Below are positions 12,949-26,900 of a DNA stretch of 64,000 nucleotides, piece after piece. A model generated the notes under the pieces. The model worked only from the letters and a program-made list of their open reading frames with translations, made no database searches and was not told the origin of the DNA. The stretch lies in assembly GCF_006345805.1 (NCBI RefSeq), contig NC_043013.1, positions 5,580,001-5,644,000 on the forward strand. The letters are read 5' to 3'. Every line of letters begins with the position of its first letter. The stretch's first letter is position 1. The position numbers were made by a program, and so were the translations under genes. The stretch is from Octopus sinensis. Its lineage: Eukaryota.

Positions 12949-15631
12949 TTATCTATCTATCTATCTATCTATTTATACACACACACACACGCATATCTAT
13001 ACAGGGTGCGGTGAATAAACTGTTGTTTAAATTACGCAAAATTGAAAATAACACTGACATCTCATTTTAACAGATATATTTACCAAAATTACATTAAAAT
13101 ATCTTGAAATATTAAAGAGTAAATTTATTCAATAAAATTGCCATTGGCTTCAACCACAACCTCCAGAAGAGTTTGGAATCTACTGCAACTCTTCTGGATG
13201 GTTTCCTTGTTTAAGTAGGTGAATGCTGCCATAATCCTTGCAGTGGTGTTGGTATTTGGAATGCATCATACAACCATTCCATTGGTTCCTCCAACTTCTT
13301 TGGTTTGCTTTCCATGAATCTGTTTTTCAGTTGGTTCTGGTGTCTCTTTCGTATACCTTTTCTACTTTTTACCCAATACATCATTTTTAACTCTGCATTT
13401 GGTAATTACGCCATTTTCCCAACTCTGCTTTCCGTTCTTGTATGCTCTCATATACACCTTTTCACCAGTTTTGAAGAATCTTGTTATGTCTTCCATGGCA
13501 TTTTTCTGTTCTTGCCAGATAGCAATTTATCAAAGACTGATTTTAATTTTCTGGCAAACATCAGCTTTGCTGGTGAGCTACCTGCTGGTGTATTTAGATT
13601 TGGTGTCACACAGTACACTCTTAAAAGTTGTTGGAGAGCTACCTCATCTGTGACTTCCTTATTTGATTTTCTAAGAGCTCTCTTGAAGGTATCAACAGAG
13701 CATTCTGCCTGTCCATTAGATCTGGGAATGGTATGGTGCCGTTGTTTTATGTTCCACCATGAACATTTCACAAAACTTTTAGAATTTGCTAGACACAAAT
13801 TGTGTTCCAGTGTCCCACCATCTTGTGTGGGATGCCAAATCTTGCAAACAATTCATGCAAAAAATTTATCACAGTTGAGTAGGTTAGTTTTTTTACTTAC
13901 AAATTTCTTGTCATTTCAAGAAACTATCTACCACCACTAAGTAGTAAGAACCGTTTAACCTTTTCGTTACCAACCCGGCCAAAACCAGCTCTGGCTCTGT
14001 AGTACAAATGTCTTGTTTGCATAAGTTTTGCATTAAAATATACCACCAAACCTTAGTTGCAATTTATGTTCCTGACACTAGCTGAATGATAACTAACTTA
14101 TTTTACTAAATTCTTGGTTATATTTAAAATAATTGAAAGAAACACAGAGCATCTCAAAATAAATACAGTAACGAAAGGGTTAAAGGACCAGCAACATCGA
14201 TGTGTAATCTTGACCACGGAGCATCTACATTTGAACAATGTATCATGATCAATTTTTCATTTTGTATGGCTTACAAATAGGTGTTCCCTATTTTACTGTA
14301 ATTTTTTTTGTTTCAGTCCCTCAACCTCATCTAAACCTTTGACTGACCCAACTATATTTCCACACAAAACACTTAGGGGTGTATCCCACAATTTGAATAG
14401 TTCCATCCACTCTCTGCTGAATAGATTAAGTGAATCTTTTAATACATAAAGCTTTGCCTTTTTCGTTTGACCTTCAAATGTTACACTACATACAAACTCA
14501 CTGAAAAATTTATCTTTTTCTCGTAACACCATGTGTTACCCTTAAATGTCCTCACCGTTCTATTACCAATTTCTTCCGATGGCATATTATTTATTCTTTT
14601 TCCTTTGTTCTGATGTTTCATCATCTTCGTTCTACAGTGCGTCTTTATATATGTCTGATATTACCTCAACAAAAACACTCTACTTTTTTAAATGGGCAAC
14701 TTTTCCTCAGGTGTGTGCCTCCACATGCAAAACATGGCTTTATTTCCTGATTTTTGTTGTGTTTTTTAAAGAGCACATTATCTCTATTCTGACTATTTTG
14801 CACTTGCTTTACGTGGAAACAATCTTTATGTTCAATTTCCTCTGTGTCATGTCTTAATTTGTGTAAAATTTAATAAACAGAGGATGTACAATCATGCAAT
14901 CATTCTGGGTGACAAGTTTGTCTGACTATTGTACTGTCGGAGCATGAAACTTCTAATAGTTCACATTTCACTGTGGTTTTTATATAACTTTTACTGGCTG
15001 GAATGCTTTTTTTGTTGATCCCACAAATAATAAAACAGTACACTGTGTGTGTGTGTGTGTGTGTGTGTGTCATTGCTATTATGTTAAACTGTCGTATGTC
15101 CAAATGCATTTTTTTCAATATTTATGTTTGCTTGCTATAACCAGTTCTTTTGGTCAAACTATCGTATCTCCAGCTGCTTCAGATGCCAAGATATCAAAAA
15201 AATTGTCAAAGTGTTGTATAACGGTTTTGCTATGGAATGGTGAAACTATTTTATCGTTTTCTGAAAAAGAGCAACGTTTTGGACTTACGACACTTTTGCA
15301 TAATTTCTATCATAGTTTTCTTTTTTTTTTTTCATTGACGATCTTTCATATTCCTTTGACACCCAGCCCCACCCCCACCCCTGGACATCTCTTCGTCCAT
15401 TCACAAACACATAAATACAAAAACCACTCATCTTGATTTTCCTTTTCTCTTTCTCTCTCTCTCATTTTGTTATAGTTTGTGTGAAAAAAACAATGGTGTA
15501 TATTTTGTCTGTTTTCAGTAAAAAGGAACCATGTTTCCATACATATAATTAATTATACTTACATACACACATATATACATATATATATATATGTATATAC
15601 ATATATATGTGTCTATCTATATATATATATA

Positions 15632-15669
<38 letters not shown>

Positions 15670-16746
15670 AATATATGTGTGTGTATGTGTCTGTATATAT
15701 ATGTGTGTGTGTGTGTGTGTATGTGTCTGTATATATATGTGTGTGTGTGTGTGTGTATGTTTTTGTATCTGTTTTATTTTTGTATTTTTAAAAATAATTT
15801 AACAATATTACATGTTATAATAATGTAAGTACTTCCATGTTTTGCAATCTTCCTGCTTATGTAGTAGGAGTGTTAACTGACTGTTCTTCTTCACAATTGA
15901 CATCTGTAGTGAAACAACTAAATTTATTCTTTAAATACCTTCTAACAAACTTCAGCAGGCAGTGATGTCTAAGCTGCATGCCGATTGGTTGAAATCCTTC
16001 TAAGGATAAGACTCTGTCGATGTTAAGGGTTGGCATGATCACCAAACTGTGATGTCTTAATAGTTCATAAGATTCAGCCCCCTGGAGTCTATTGGAAGGT
16101 ATTTAAATGATAATCCAATCATTTTGTTATTGTTATTAACTGTTGATTAATGCCGCTACTATATAAACCTGAAGATTAGAGATGGCATGAAAGTACTTGT
16201 ATTTTCATAATATGTAGTATTGTAAAATTGTAAAAAACAAGAATATAACATGAAATTCAGACTTTGAATTTCATTCACCAATATATTTACCTGTACACAG
16301 TCACACAAACTCTGACATAAAGAAACATATGTATCTATCCTAATCTCTGGTCTTCTTATAAACACCCTTTTCAACACACTAACCTATATATTTACTATAA
16401 ATTTATACACAAAACAAACAAATAAATCAATGACAAAAAATATTTAAAAAAAAACTAACTCTTTACTAAAAAATTCCAAAAACAAAAATGCACATATATG
16501 TATACACACATACATATATATATATACACATAGATATGTATACATGTGTGTCAATCGTATGATATATATTAAAGAAACTTCTGCTCTGTTCTATTTTCTT
16601 TCACACAGACATTGTTGTATGGCTCTGTTTGATTTTTAATGCTTTATTGAGCACTTTCGGTGACAAATATATATCTCACTTTTAGATGAATTGAGTTGCA
16701 CTTCTGAAGCTTAACAAATTCAAAAGTGAAACATGAATGTGTTCGC

Positions 16747-16782
<36 letters not shown>

Positions 16783-17963
16783 ATATATATGCATGTGCGT
16801 GTATATATATGTATATATGTGCACACACATGCACACACATATATATATATATATATATACACACACATGCATACACACAAACACATATATGTATATATAT
16901 GTACATATTTATATGAAAAGAAGCAAAAAAAAAATGACTTAAGTAAAAAAAAAATATATTGCAAATATGATGGTGAAAGTGCGAAGACATGTTCTCTGCA
17001 CTGTTGGTTTTAGCGACGTAGTTTTATATTTTCCAGTTTTACCGAAAGATTGGTGAAGATCAGGAACAGACACACCAATGTTGTGGAAACAATGGCCCAG
17101 GTTAGCCTTAGCTGCAGACTATTTTACTAATATTTCTTAAATCTCAGATAGATTTTTGTTTTCTCTGATGTATATATGTATATATATAAGTATATATGTA
17201 TATATTAATTTGTCAGTACATCTAAATTATTGTTTCCATCTTCACTTCTTCCTTATTCCCTGTATATTACCTGTTTCTCTGTCCCTGCCCTTATTAAATG
17301 CTACATCCCTTCTTGCTATTCTCCATCCTACCCCAGCTTCATCCCTATTCCAGAATATATGTATATATATATATATATATACACACACATATATATCACA
17401 GATTTATTTTGCTAGGGTATGATTCAATATAACCTGATGAAATGGTGTGGTTACATGATAATATAAAATTATGTAATACATGCATTATTCAATAAATCGT
17501 CATTCTATGGTAACATGTAACCAAAACTTGAGCAGTCCATTCTTATTCCTTTACTATACATGTATATATATAAATTTATACATACATATATATATAATAT
17601 CTCACAATAAGTACACAACCAATGGTTGATATTTTGAATGTATTTAATGTACATGTTTCTTGTATCTACCCTTGCATAATACTACCTGAAGAAGATAGTA
17701 CTATGTAAATGTTATCAGGCATAAATATTGGAAACATGCATATTAAATGCATGAATTTAAATATCAGTCATTAGTTTTATATTTATTCTGATTTTATGCG
17801 ATTCTTTCCCCTAATAATTTATCCTGTTTTTGCTTGGATGTGGACAGAAGGATGTAGGAGTACAAACTTAACTGGATACAGAGGCAAAAGATAATGGTAC
17901 CCATTATCCTGTTAATGCAGATGTGCATGTATGTGTGTGTGAGTGTGTGTGTATATGTGTATG

Positions 17964-17995
<32 letters not shown>

Positions 17996-20900
17996 ATATA
18001 TACATTTATATAAAATTTAGATTCAGATGAATATGGTACTTAAGTTGAGGCACCAGAATTTAGTATGGTATTATCCATACAATTTAAAATAAGGTGATTA
18101 TAATCAAAATAAGCAACAAGGATATCCAGAGGTAATGCAGTACACACACACATACACATATTTCGCTTAGGCCATGGTAATATTAATAATCTGGTGTTAG
18201 GTTCAATATACATATGCTTCTAATAACAAAAACAGCTGTAAACTAATGAAATTCATGACATTAGAAACTTTTATTCTTTTGTCATTCTGATATTTACATA
18301 TGTATATATATTATATTAAATTAGCGACAAAACCACTAATAGGCAAATCAAACAGTGAAAATCATAAACCAATACATACAAATAAAATTAAGTAATAAAA
18401 AATATATAAAATATAAAATTCATACTTATAAATTTTTAAATATATATATATTATTATTATTATTATTTTATTTATTTTATTTTATTTATTTATTTTTTAA
18501 ATATAACTATCAAAAAGTATTAAAAGTTTAATATAAGATAAAGAGTAAAACCACTACGATCGTTTCATGCCCATTAACCAATTCGAATAACAATAATTCG
18601 AATTATGGTTATAGTCAATCTTTAGGTTAATTATAATATTTAAATAAATAATCAGAAATATTTAAACAATATTTTTTAAGAAATAAATAAAATAATAATT
18701 TTTCTTATAAAAAACTCTATTATCAAACTAGAAACTTAACGATTATGATTATGTCATACAATCGATTATAATGTTAAATATTAATTTTTAATTTTTAAGT
18801 ATTAATTTTTAAGGTAAGAAACCCACAAATAATCTAATATCAGTTATAGTCAATATCTAATTACATAAATATTTTACAAAAAAAATGACTATTCATATTA
18901 TTAAATATATAATATTTGAATAATATATAAATTATCAATGAAAATATATAAATGTATATAAATATTAGAATTAAGATCTTAAATTATCTCTATAAAAATA
19001 TATATGCACGTATAATAAAGACCTAATAAATTAATTATTCATTATTACTAATAAAAATATAAAAAAATTAAAGATGAAATAGCTAATTGCAAAAAAACAA
19101 ACAAACAATCTTAAACGAACGCTATAGCAAATTAACTATATATATATCTCGTTGGCTAACTAATAACTTTCAAAAATCGTATAGTTAAAATAAAATAATA
19201 TAAAATACTTAATGAAATAATCAATTCATAGTTATATAGTATCAAATAAATACTACAAATATATTTATCAATGGGAAGAATATTACTACCAATTATTGAT
19301 TTAAAAAGACAATATATAAGTTATAATAATAATTATAAGAAATTTAAAATAACTATCAACAAATATATTTATTTAATACTAAAATTGATGCTATCAATAC
19401 ATGTATATGTATTCATATACAATCAAAGAGCTGCGGAGGAACAGTGGGTAATCAAAAACATCAAACAGAACCCAAAAGTGTTCTATTCCTATGCAAATAA
19501 GCATAGAACCACTGTCTCACCCATTGGGCCATTGATTGATGCTAACGGCATTCCCCAACACGATGCTAAAGAAATGGCAGAAATACTGCAGAAACAATAC
19601 TGCTCTGTCTTTAGTGTTCCCACTGATATTGACGTAAGAGAAGCGAACGAAGTTGACTCCCAACACAAAATTGCAGACATAACCTTCACTCCCACTGACA
19701 TCGTAGCAGCAATAAATGAGGTCAAATACTACTCTGCTGTAGGCCCTGATAGATTCCCCGCTAGTCTCCTGAAGGAATGTAAACACCAACTTGCAGTCCC
19801 TTTGACCAACCTCTGGAGAAATTCGTTAGATGCAGATTATATACCAAAACAGTTTCTATCCCAGTCAGTCATCCCGGTTTTCAAACAGGGAAACAGATCC
19901 CTCGCACTCAACTATCGCCCAATCTCACTCACCTCCCACATCATCAAAGTGTTTGAAAGAGTGTTAAGATCAAGGATGGCTGACTTCCTGGAGACCCAGA
20001 AACTCCTAAATGCAAATCAGCATGGCTTTCGCTGTGGCAGGGACTGTCTAACACAGCTCTTACACCACATTGAAGATGTACTCAAAGCCTTGGGAACAGG
20101 TTCGAACTCTGACGTCATATATCTTGACTTCAGTAAAGCGTTCGACAGGGTAGACCATAATATCCTACTCTCAAAATTGGCAAATGTTGGAATCCGTGGA
20201 AAAGTTCTACACTGGATCAAGTATTTCCTGGCGAATAGAACACAACATGTTGTAGTTGATGGAGTCCACTCAAGCCCAGCAAAAGTCACCAGCGGTGTCC
20301 CCCAGGGGACTGTCTTGGGTCCGCTACTCTTCATAATCTACATAAACGACCTTTGGCGAATAGAACACAACATGTTGTAGTTGATGGAGTCCACTCAAGC
20401 CCAGCAAAAGTCACCAGCGGTGTCCCCCAGGGGACTGTCTTGGGTCCGCTACTCTTCATAATCTACATAAACGACCTTTCCAGTGTCGTACATTACTGCA
20501 AAGTGAAAATATTTGCTGATGACACCAAGCTCCAGCAAATCGTCAATGAAGAAGCAGACCGAACTCAACTCCAGTCTGATCTATATGCTGTGAGTCAATG
20601 GGCAGACAGAAACAAAATGCAACAGAACGAGGGAAAATTTGAGCTGATGCATTTTGGAAGAAACTCCTCACTAAAACAGCCATACTCTCTTCCTTCAGGG
20701 GAACCGCTCACAGCCTCTAACAATATCAGAGACCTGGGTGTAATTGTTGATGACGATCTCAGTTGGAGTGCACACATCAACAAGAAGGTCGATATAGCTC
20801 GTAGGATGAGTTCCTGGATCTTAAGAACTGTCCGGTCCAGAGAACAAGGTGTCATCACACCACTTTTCTCCTCCTTTGTACGGCCACACCTTGAATACTG

Positions 20901-23900
20901 CTGCCCACTGTGGTCTCCCCATACAAGACAAAACATCTCCAGAATTGAGTCACCCCAGAGGGCACTCACTAAACGAATTGAAGGCATGGCTGCTCTCGAT
21001 TATTGGGATCGCCTTAAAGCCTTGAAACTTTACTCCCTCCAGCGTCGCCGTGAGCGGTACATCATTTGTATGATGTGGAAAATATACCGCCAACTATGCC
21101 CAAACGACCTAAACATTAGCTTCAAGGTTCATCCAAGACTTGGACCACGGGCTATACGTCCCCTGCCCAATTCAAGATCACAACATACATGTACACTGCA
21201 ACATAATTTCTTTTCCTCAACAGGCCCTGCCCTATTTAACATTGTCCCGAGAGAGATCAAAGAGGAAAAGGATCCCATCAACTTTAAACAGAGTCTGGAT
21301 AGATTCCTTCAAAGAATACTCACTACTTGAACAAAACTGGATACAACTCACCCAACAAGAACACACTACTTGAACAAAACTTGACTTAAACAAAACTTGA
21401 CTTAAACAGGATTCGAATAATCCTATCAGGTGGTGCTATTAAGTTAGACATGGCCTGGACCAATCTTTGGTCGAAACATATCTAAGTCTAAGTTTATATA
21501 CATGAAACCTAACTTTAAACAACTCATATAATTGTTAACGAACAATATATCTCATTGGCTAAGTAAAGTCTTACGAATAAACGTAAAGTCTAATAATTAT
21601 ATAGAAAAAATTACGATAATTAGATCATTACATAAACATCAATATTTACATAAAAAAACAATAATATTATACCATAAGACTTATAAAATATTTAAATTTA
21701 AAAATTTTTTAATCTTAAGTATGTATATATATACTTAGCTTGGCGAGGTTTTGTGATGTGTATATTTATATATATATAAATATACACATATTTTATTGTG
21801 TCTGGGGAGAGTCATCCTCTTTGAGTGCTTTATTACTTTTGACTTTTGACTTTTGCAAGGTGCAATGAAAATTTGAGAAAAAATGAGTAAATAAATGAGT
21901 GGAAATCGAACCAGTGAGTGTGTTAAATAATAAAGCACTAAGAGAGAATGACTTTCCCTGGACGCAATAAAACATGCTTCAACACACAAATTCGCATAAA
22001 GAATCTTGCAAACCAATACTAAAACAATATATATATATAATAAGGGTACTAAGAAGCACCAACTTTGCTAAAAATAGGAGTCATAAAAAACTCTGAAGCC
22101 GCAGGAGTTTTCTATGACTCCTATTTTTAGCAAACTTGGTGCTTCTTAGTACCCTAATTATATCTATTTTTTATATATATTTATTAATTTACCTATAAGT
22201 TTTTTATGCTTGCAGCCACTGATATTATTATTTCTTATGAATAATAATGTTCTTTATTTATTTATATATATTGGGTTGGTGCATCATTTTTGTGGCTTTT
22301 TTTCAACAAATTTTATTCAACAAAAACAATAACAATATTTAACAAAAACATCTTTAAATGATGGTCTGGCCGTCTGCCAAGCAAATGGGAAGCAGTAATT
22401 GAAGTAGATGGTGAACATACTCCAGAATAATCATTTAAAGATGTCTTTGTTACATATTGTTATTGTTTTTGTTGAATAAAATTTGTTGAAAAAAAAAGCC
22501 ACAATAATTATGCACCAACCCAATATTTATATATATTTAAATATTTAGCTTAAGAATGTGTTAGAATTCAATATATATATGTGCTTATTCTAGCATATAA
22601 CAGAAACAGCTGTTAAGAAATTAAGTTCATGATGTAATTACCTGTTCCTCTGTCATTTCTTTAATTATATCTGTAAGCGTCACATAGCAGTAATATATTA
22701 TAATATTTACTGTTGCCTCTGCCTGGCTTTGTGTTTGCCACCCTCTGACCTGTTGGCATTCATGTAAATTTTATGCTGACTACAGTAAGTCAACCATTTC
22801 ATCATTAGTAAAAATCCCAATAAGCCATTGTTATTCCAGGACAAGGAAGCGTATTATGGGATGTAGTGACAATAATTTTCCCAGCTGTGTATCAATTAGT
22901 CAAAGGTTTTTCTTTTTTTGTAGCTTAGTTCTCTTTGTATTGTCACATGATTATTCAAATATGGTTACGAAATAAACTCAGTTGCTTCCACATACTTCAG
23001 AACTGGGTTATTTTTATATGACACCAACTGATAGATCAGGTGACTAAGTAGTCCACTGATCTTGCCAGTGTTTTACCTGTGGTTAATTAATTGTTATTGA
23101 TAGTAACAGTGGAGGAACTGCCTCCTTTGATTTGAGGACTTTTCCATATCCTTCTTCTTTTAAACACCACCAGTGGCCAAGTACCCACTTCTTGTGATAA
23201 CTTCTCCCCCCCCCGTCTCTTCCTTCTAACAGTCACAGAAATCCTGAACGATGGTCATAGATGTACTCCCTCTCCTCCTCTAAGTCATTAATATATACAA
23301 CCCTTGGCTAACCAATGCCTTGTAAGTGGATTTAGTAGATGGAAACTGAGTGGAAGCCCATATATATATATATACACACATTTACACATATATGTATGTG
23401 TGTGTGTGTATCTGTGTTTGACACCACCATTGCTTGATGACGAGCGTTGGTTTGTTTATGTCCCCATAACTGGTGATGATTTGTTTGACTAAAAATCCTT
23501 CCGGGTGGTGCCCCCATCATGGCCATAGTCCAATGACAGAAATTAGTAAAAAAATAAAAATGTATATTTATATATTTATATGTATAATGTATGTTTTATT
23601 CTTTTATTCCTTTACTTGTTTCAGTCATTAGACTGCAGCCATGGGAGGGAGGATTGGGTGTAGGGGTCACTGCTGGATTAGAGGTGCTGTTGATGAAAGG
23701 AGGAGAGATGAGAGAAGTGAGTGGAAGAGGAGAGGAATGAGACCAGCCTATTTTGAGGAGCAGATGCCACTGTAGTAGTGGTAGAAAAGGCGGAGAGTGA
23801 GAGAGAGAGATGGCACAGTACATCTGTTGTGCCCACAGATCCATTTCTTCAGAGGCTAACCTGAGTAGGAACATGGAAACATACATTAAACAGTGTAGCC

Positions 23901-26900
23901 CTAGATGCTCTATGTTGGGAAAAATACCGCAGGTTAGTCGTGGCTGGAATGTCTTTGACAACAGGTTTGCTAGATCCAAACAGACCTAGGGTTAAACACC
24001 TTCTACAGAGTTACAGGGGTAGTCTTTAAACAGATGGCAATATACGTCCATCGGGGTATGTTAGGGTATAACACTGAATGAAAGACTGCTGCTTAATCTC
24101 TTGTAAAACTAACATCTTTTTTTAATTAATGGTTAATTAGAACTACACTAATATATGATTCATCATTATATGAACTAATTAGACCACATTAATTAGCTTG
24201 GGGTTTATTGCTACTGAACTAATAATGTTCTGTGAATGTAATTATTATATTATGTTATATAATATAATAATTATAAAATATTGTTTAATGACATAATAAT
24301 TATATAATGAACTCTAATGTACTTATATAATGAAGTTTTCATCATCTCTATCATTATTTAAACTGAAAGAAGTCTGGTGTGTGTGTGTGTATGTGTGTGA
24401 AGTTTTTTTTTAAACTGAAGCTGAGAGTTTGCCTTGTGGCTCAAGTTTCATGTGACTGCAATCTTCAGGTGAAATTCCACTTTTCCATATCATCATCATC
24501 ATCATCATCATTTAACATCTACTCTTCTACTGCCTCCGTTGAGGCAGGTTTATCTATTGCTGGATGCTCTTCCTGTCTCTAACCCTCCAAGCAAGGTAAT
24601 AATCACACACACCCCTCCGCCACCTCACTCAGTCTATCAAACAACAAACAGTCCAGTAAACTGGAAGCAAGTGATCGAGCCTTTTGATTACCAAGATTAC
24701 ATAACATGTCAAAAAGACCCCAGACATGTTTTTGTTATTCCACTGTATGCAGAGAACATCGCCGTTGCCAACAGCAACACTGTTCACAGTCAGTGAACAC
24801 ACACGAGGGTGGGGCGAGGGAGTGGAGAATGTAGACTCACTCACGCAAGCACCCACCCACACACACATGCATATTTTTAGTTTTTACTGGCTTCAGTCAT
24901 TGGACGGCAGCCATGCTGGGACACCACCCCTGAAGAGTTTTAGTCAAGCAAATCAACTCCAGTACTTATTTTCTTAAAGTCTGGTTCTTATTCAATTTGG
25001 TTCAGCACCTGTTGTCAAGTGGTGGTGTGGGGAGAGGGAACAAGTACAAATAGAAAGGCACACACACACACACACACATCATTATCATCATCATCGTTTA
25101 GCGTCCGCTTTCCATGCTGGCATGGGTTGGACAGTTCAACTGGGGTCTGGGAAGCCAGAAGGCTGCACCTGGCCCAGTCTGATCTGGCAATGTTTCTACG
25201 GCTGGATGCCCTTCCTGGCGCCAACCACTCTATAAGTGTAGTGGGTGCTTTTTACGTGCCACAAACACGGAACGTGATAAATAAAAGGGTTTCTATAGAA
25301 TTTCCCATGTATCAAATCACTCACAAGACATTGGTCAGCCTATGGCTAAAATAAAGTAGAAAACACTTGCCTAAGGCACTGCACAGTGGGACTGAACCTG
25401 AAGCCTTGTGGTTGCAAAGCAAGCTTCTCAGACCACACAGCCATGAGCTATAACAGGCTTCATCACATTTTCATTTAAATCACTTAATACTGGATAACCA
25501 AGTGATGTAAATGAATATCTTTCATCAAAGTTTCATATTAATTTATGTTCCAAACACCAGGTTAATAAGGACAAAGTTATTTCGGTTAATTCTTCATTAT
25601 TTTCAAAATTAATTGAAAGAAAAGTAGTGTATTTTATTATAAATATAGCAACAAAAGAGCTAAAGTGATCTACATTAAAAAACTTCCTTCCAAATTCCAT
25701 GTTAATTTATGTTTCAAATATCAGCTTAATAACTTTAGAGTTATTTCAATAAATTCTTTGTTATTTTTGAAATTAGCTGAAAGAAAGTCGGTGTATTTCA
25801 ATAGAATACAGTAACAAAAGATTTGAGATAGACTTGAGCTGAACTAAAAACCTTCCATCAAAATTCCATGCTAATTTATGTTCTAAATACCAGCTTAATA
25901 ATGACAAAAATATTTCAATAAATTTTCAAAATTAATTGAACCAAAAGCAGTGTATTTTCAGCAGAAACATTGTAACAAACCAGTTAATGATCTTTATAAA
26001 ACTAAAATGCATTGTTTAATCAGGTTTTCTGCTTCCAACTTGTGAAATAAATCTCTTCATTCTGATAACGACTGTTTATTTTTAGGGAAATAACAGTTGG
26101 CTTTCACTGTTTGTTTCTATGATTTATCAAACGAGTTCTATTCATATTGATTTTTTCTCATGAACCAAATACTAAAACTTTGCTGACCTCAAGCCAAAAA
26201 AGGGAGCCTCTATGTAGTCATTTGGTATGCTAGAAATAACAACCAAATTTGTTTTGAATCACCTCCTACTGTCTTTGACAAAAAATAAAGGAGGAAATGA
26301 AGACCACGGCACTGCTGGACTTTGAACCAGAGATGTTGTGAGACATAAATAAACATTACAAATACATTTCATCTAACACAACACCATTTCTCCCCGGGAA
26401 CTCCAAAGCTAGTGATTCACAACCATTTTTTGCCTATGGTCTCCTTTTTGATTCCTATTCTACTTAGGTGGACCCTCATAGCTATTTGATGTTTAAAAAA
26501 TTCCCATTACATTTTTATAATTAAATATTGTTACGAATTGTACAAAAAAATTGTTAAAATATTTTGTGTATTGTTAGAAGTATAGCCAATTTATTGCACA
26601 TGAACTGTAACAACAAAATCTTATATGGACCCCTGTTGAGAACCAATGCTCTAAGCCAGGGCTGGCCAAATCTGTGGCCTGCGGTCCACAGACTCTTATC
26701 TTGCAGCCCACTTGATGCTTTCTTGAAGTATTGTTAATTTCAAAATAAAATTGTTTGTGTGAAACATTTGTCTCAAAATAAAGAACTTTCTGTGATTAAA
26801 GTGGCCCACAATGGAATTTGAGTTGGCCAGGCCTGCTCTGAGCAGTCATTTAATCTGCTAGAAACAACAACCAAATTTATCTCAAAACACCTCCTATTGT

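Noticed and set aside
13305-13940. 211-aa plus-strand ORF
   Set aside because: Antisense shadow of the Gypsy integrase remnant
18300-19420. NUMT or mitochondrial gene interpretation of the AT-rich block
   Set aside because: No recognisable mitochondrial protein, rRNA or tRNA motif by eye; kept only as a compositional anomaly
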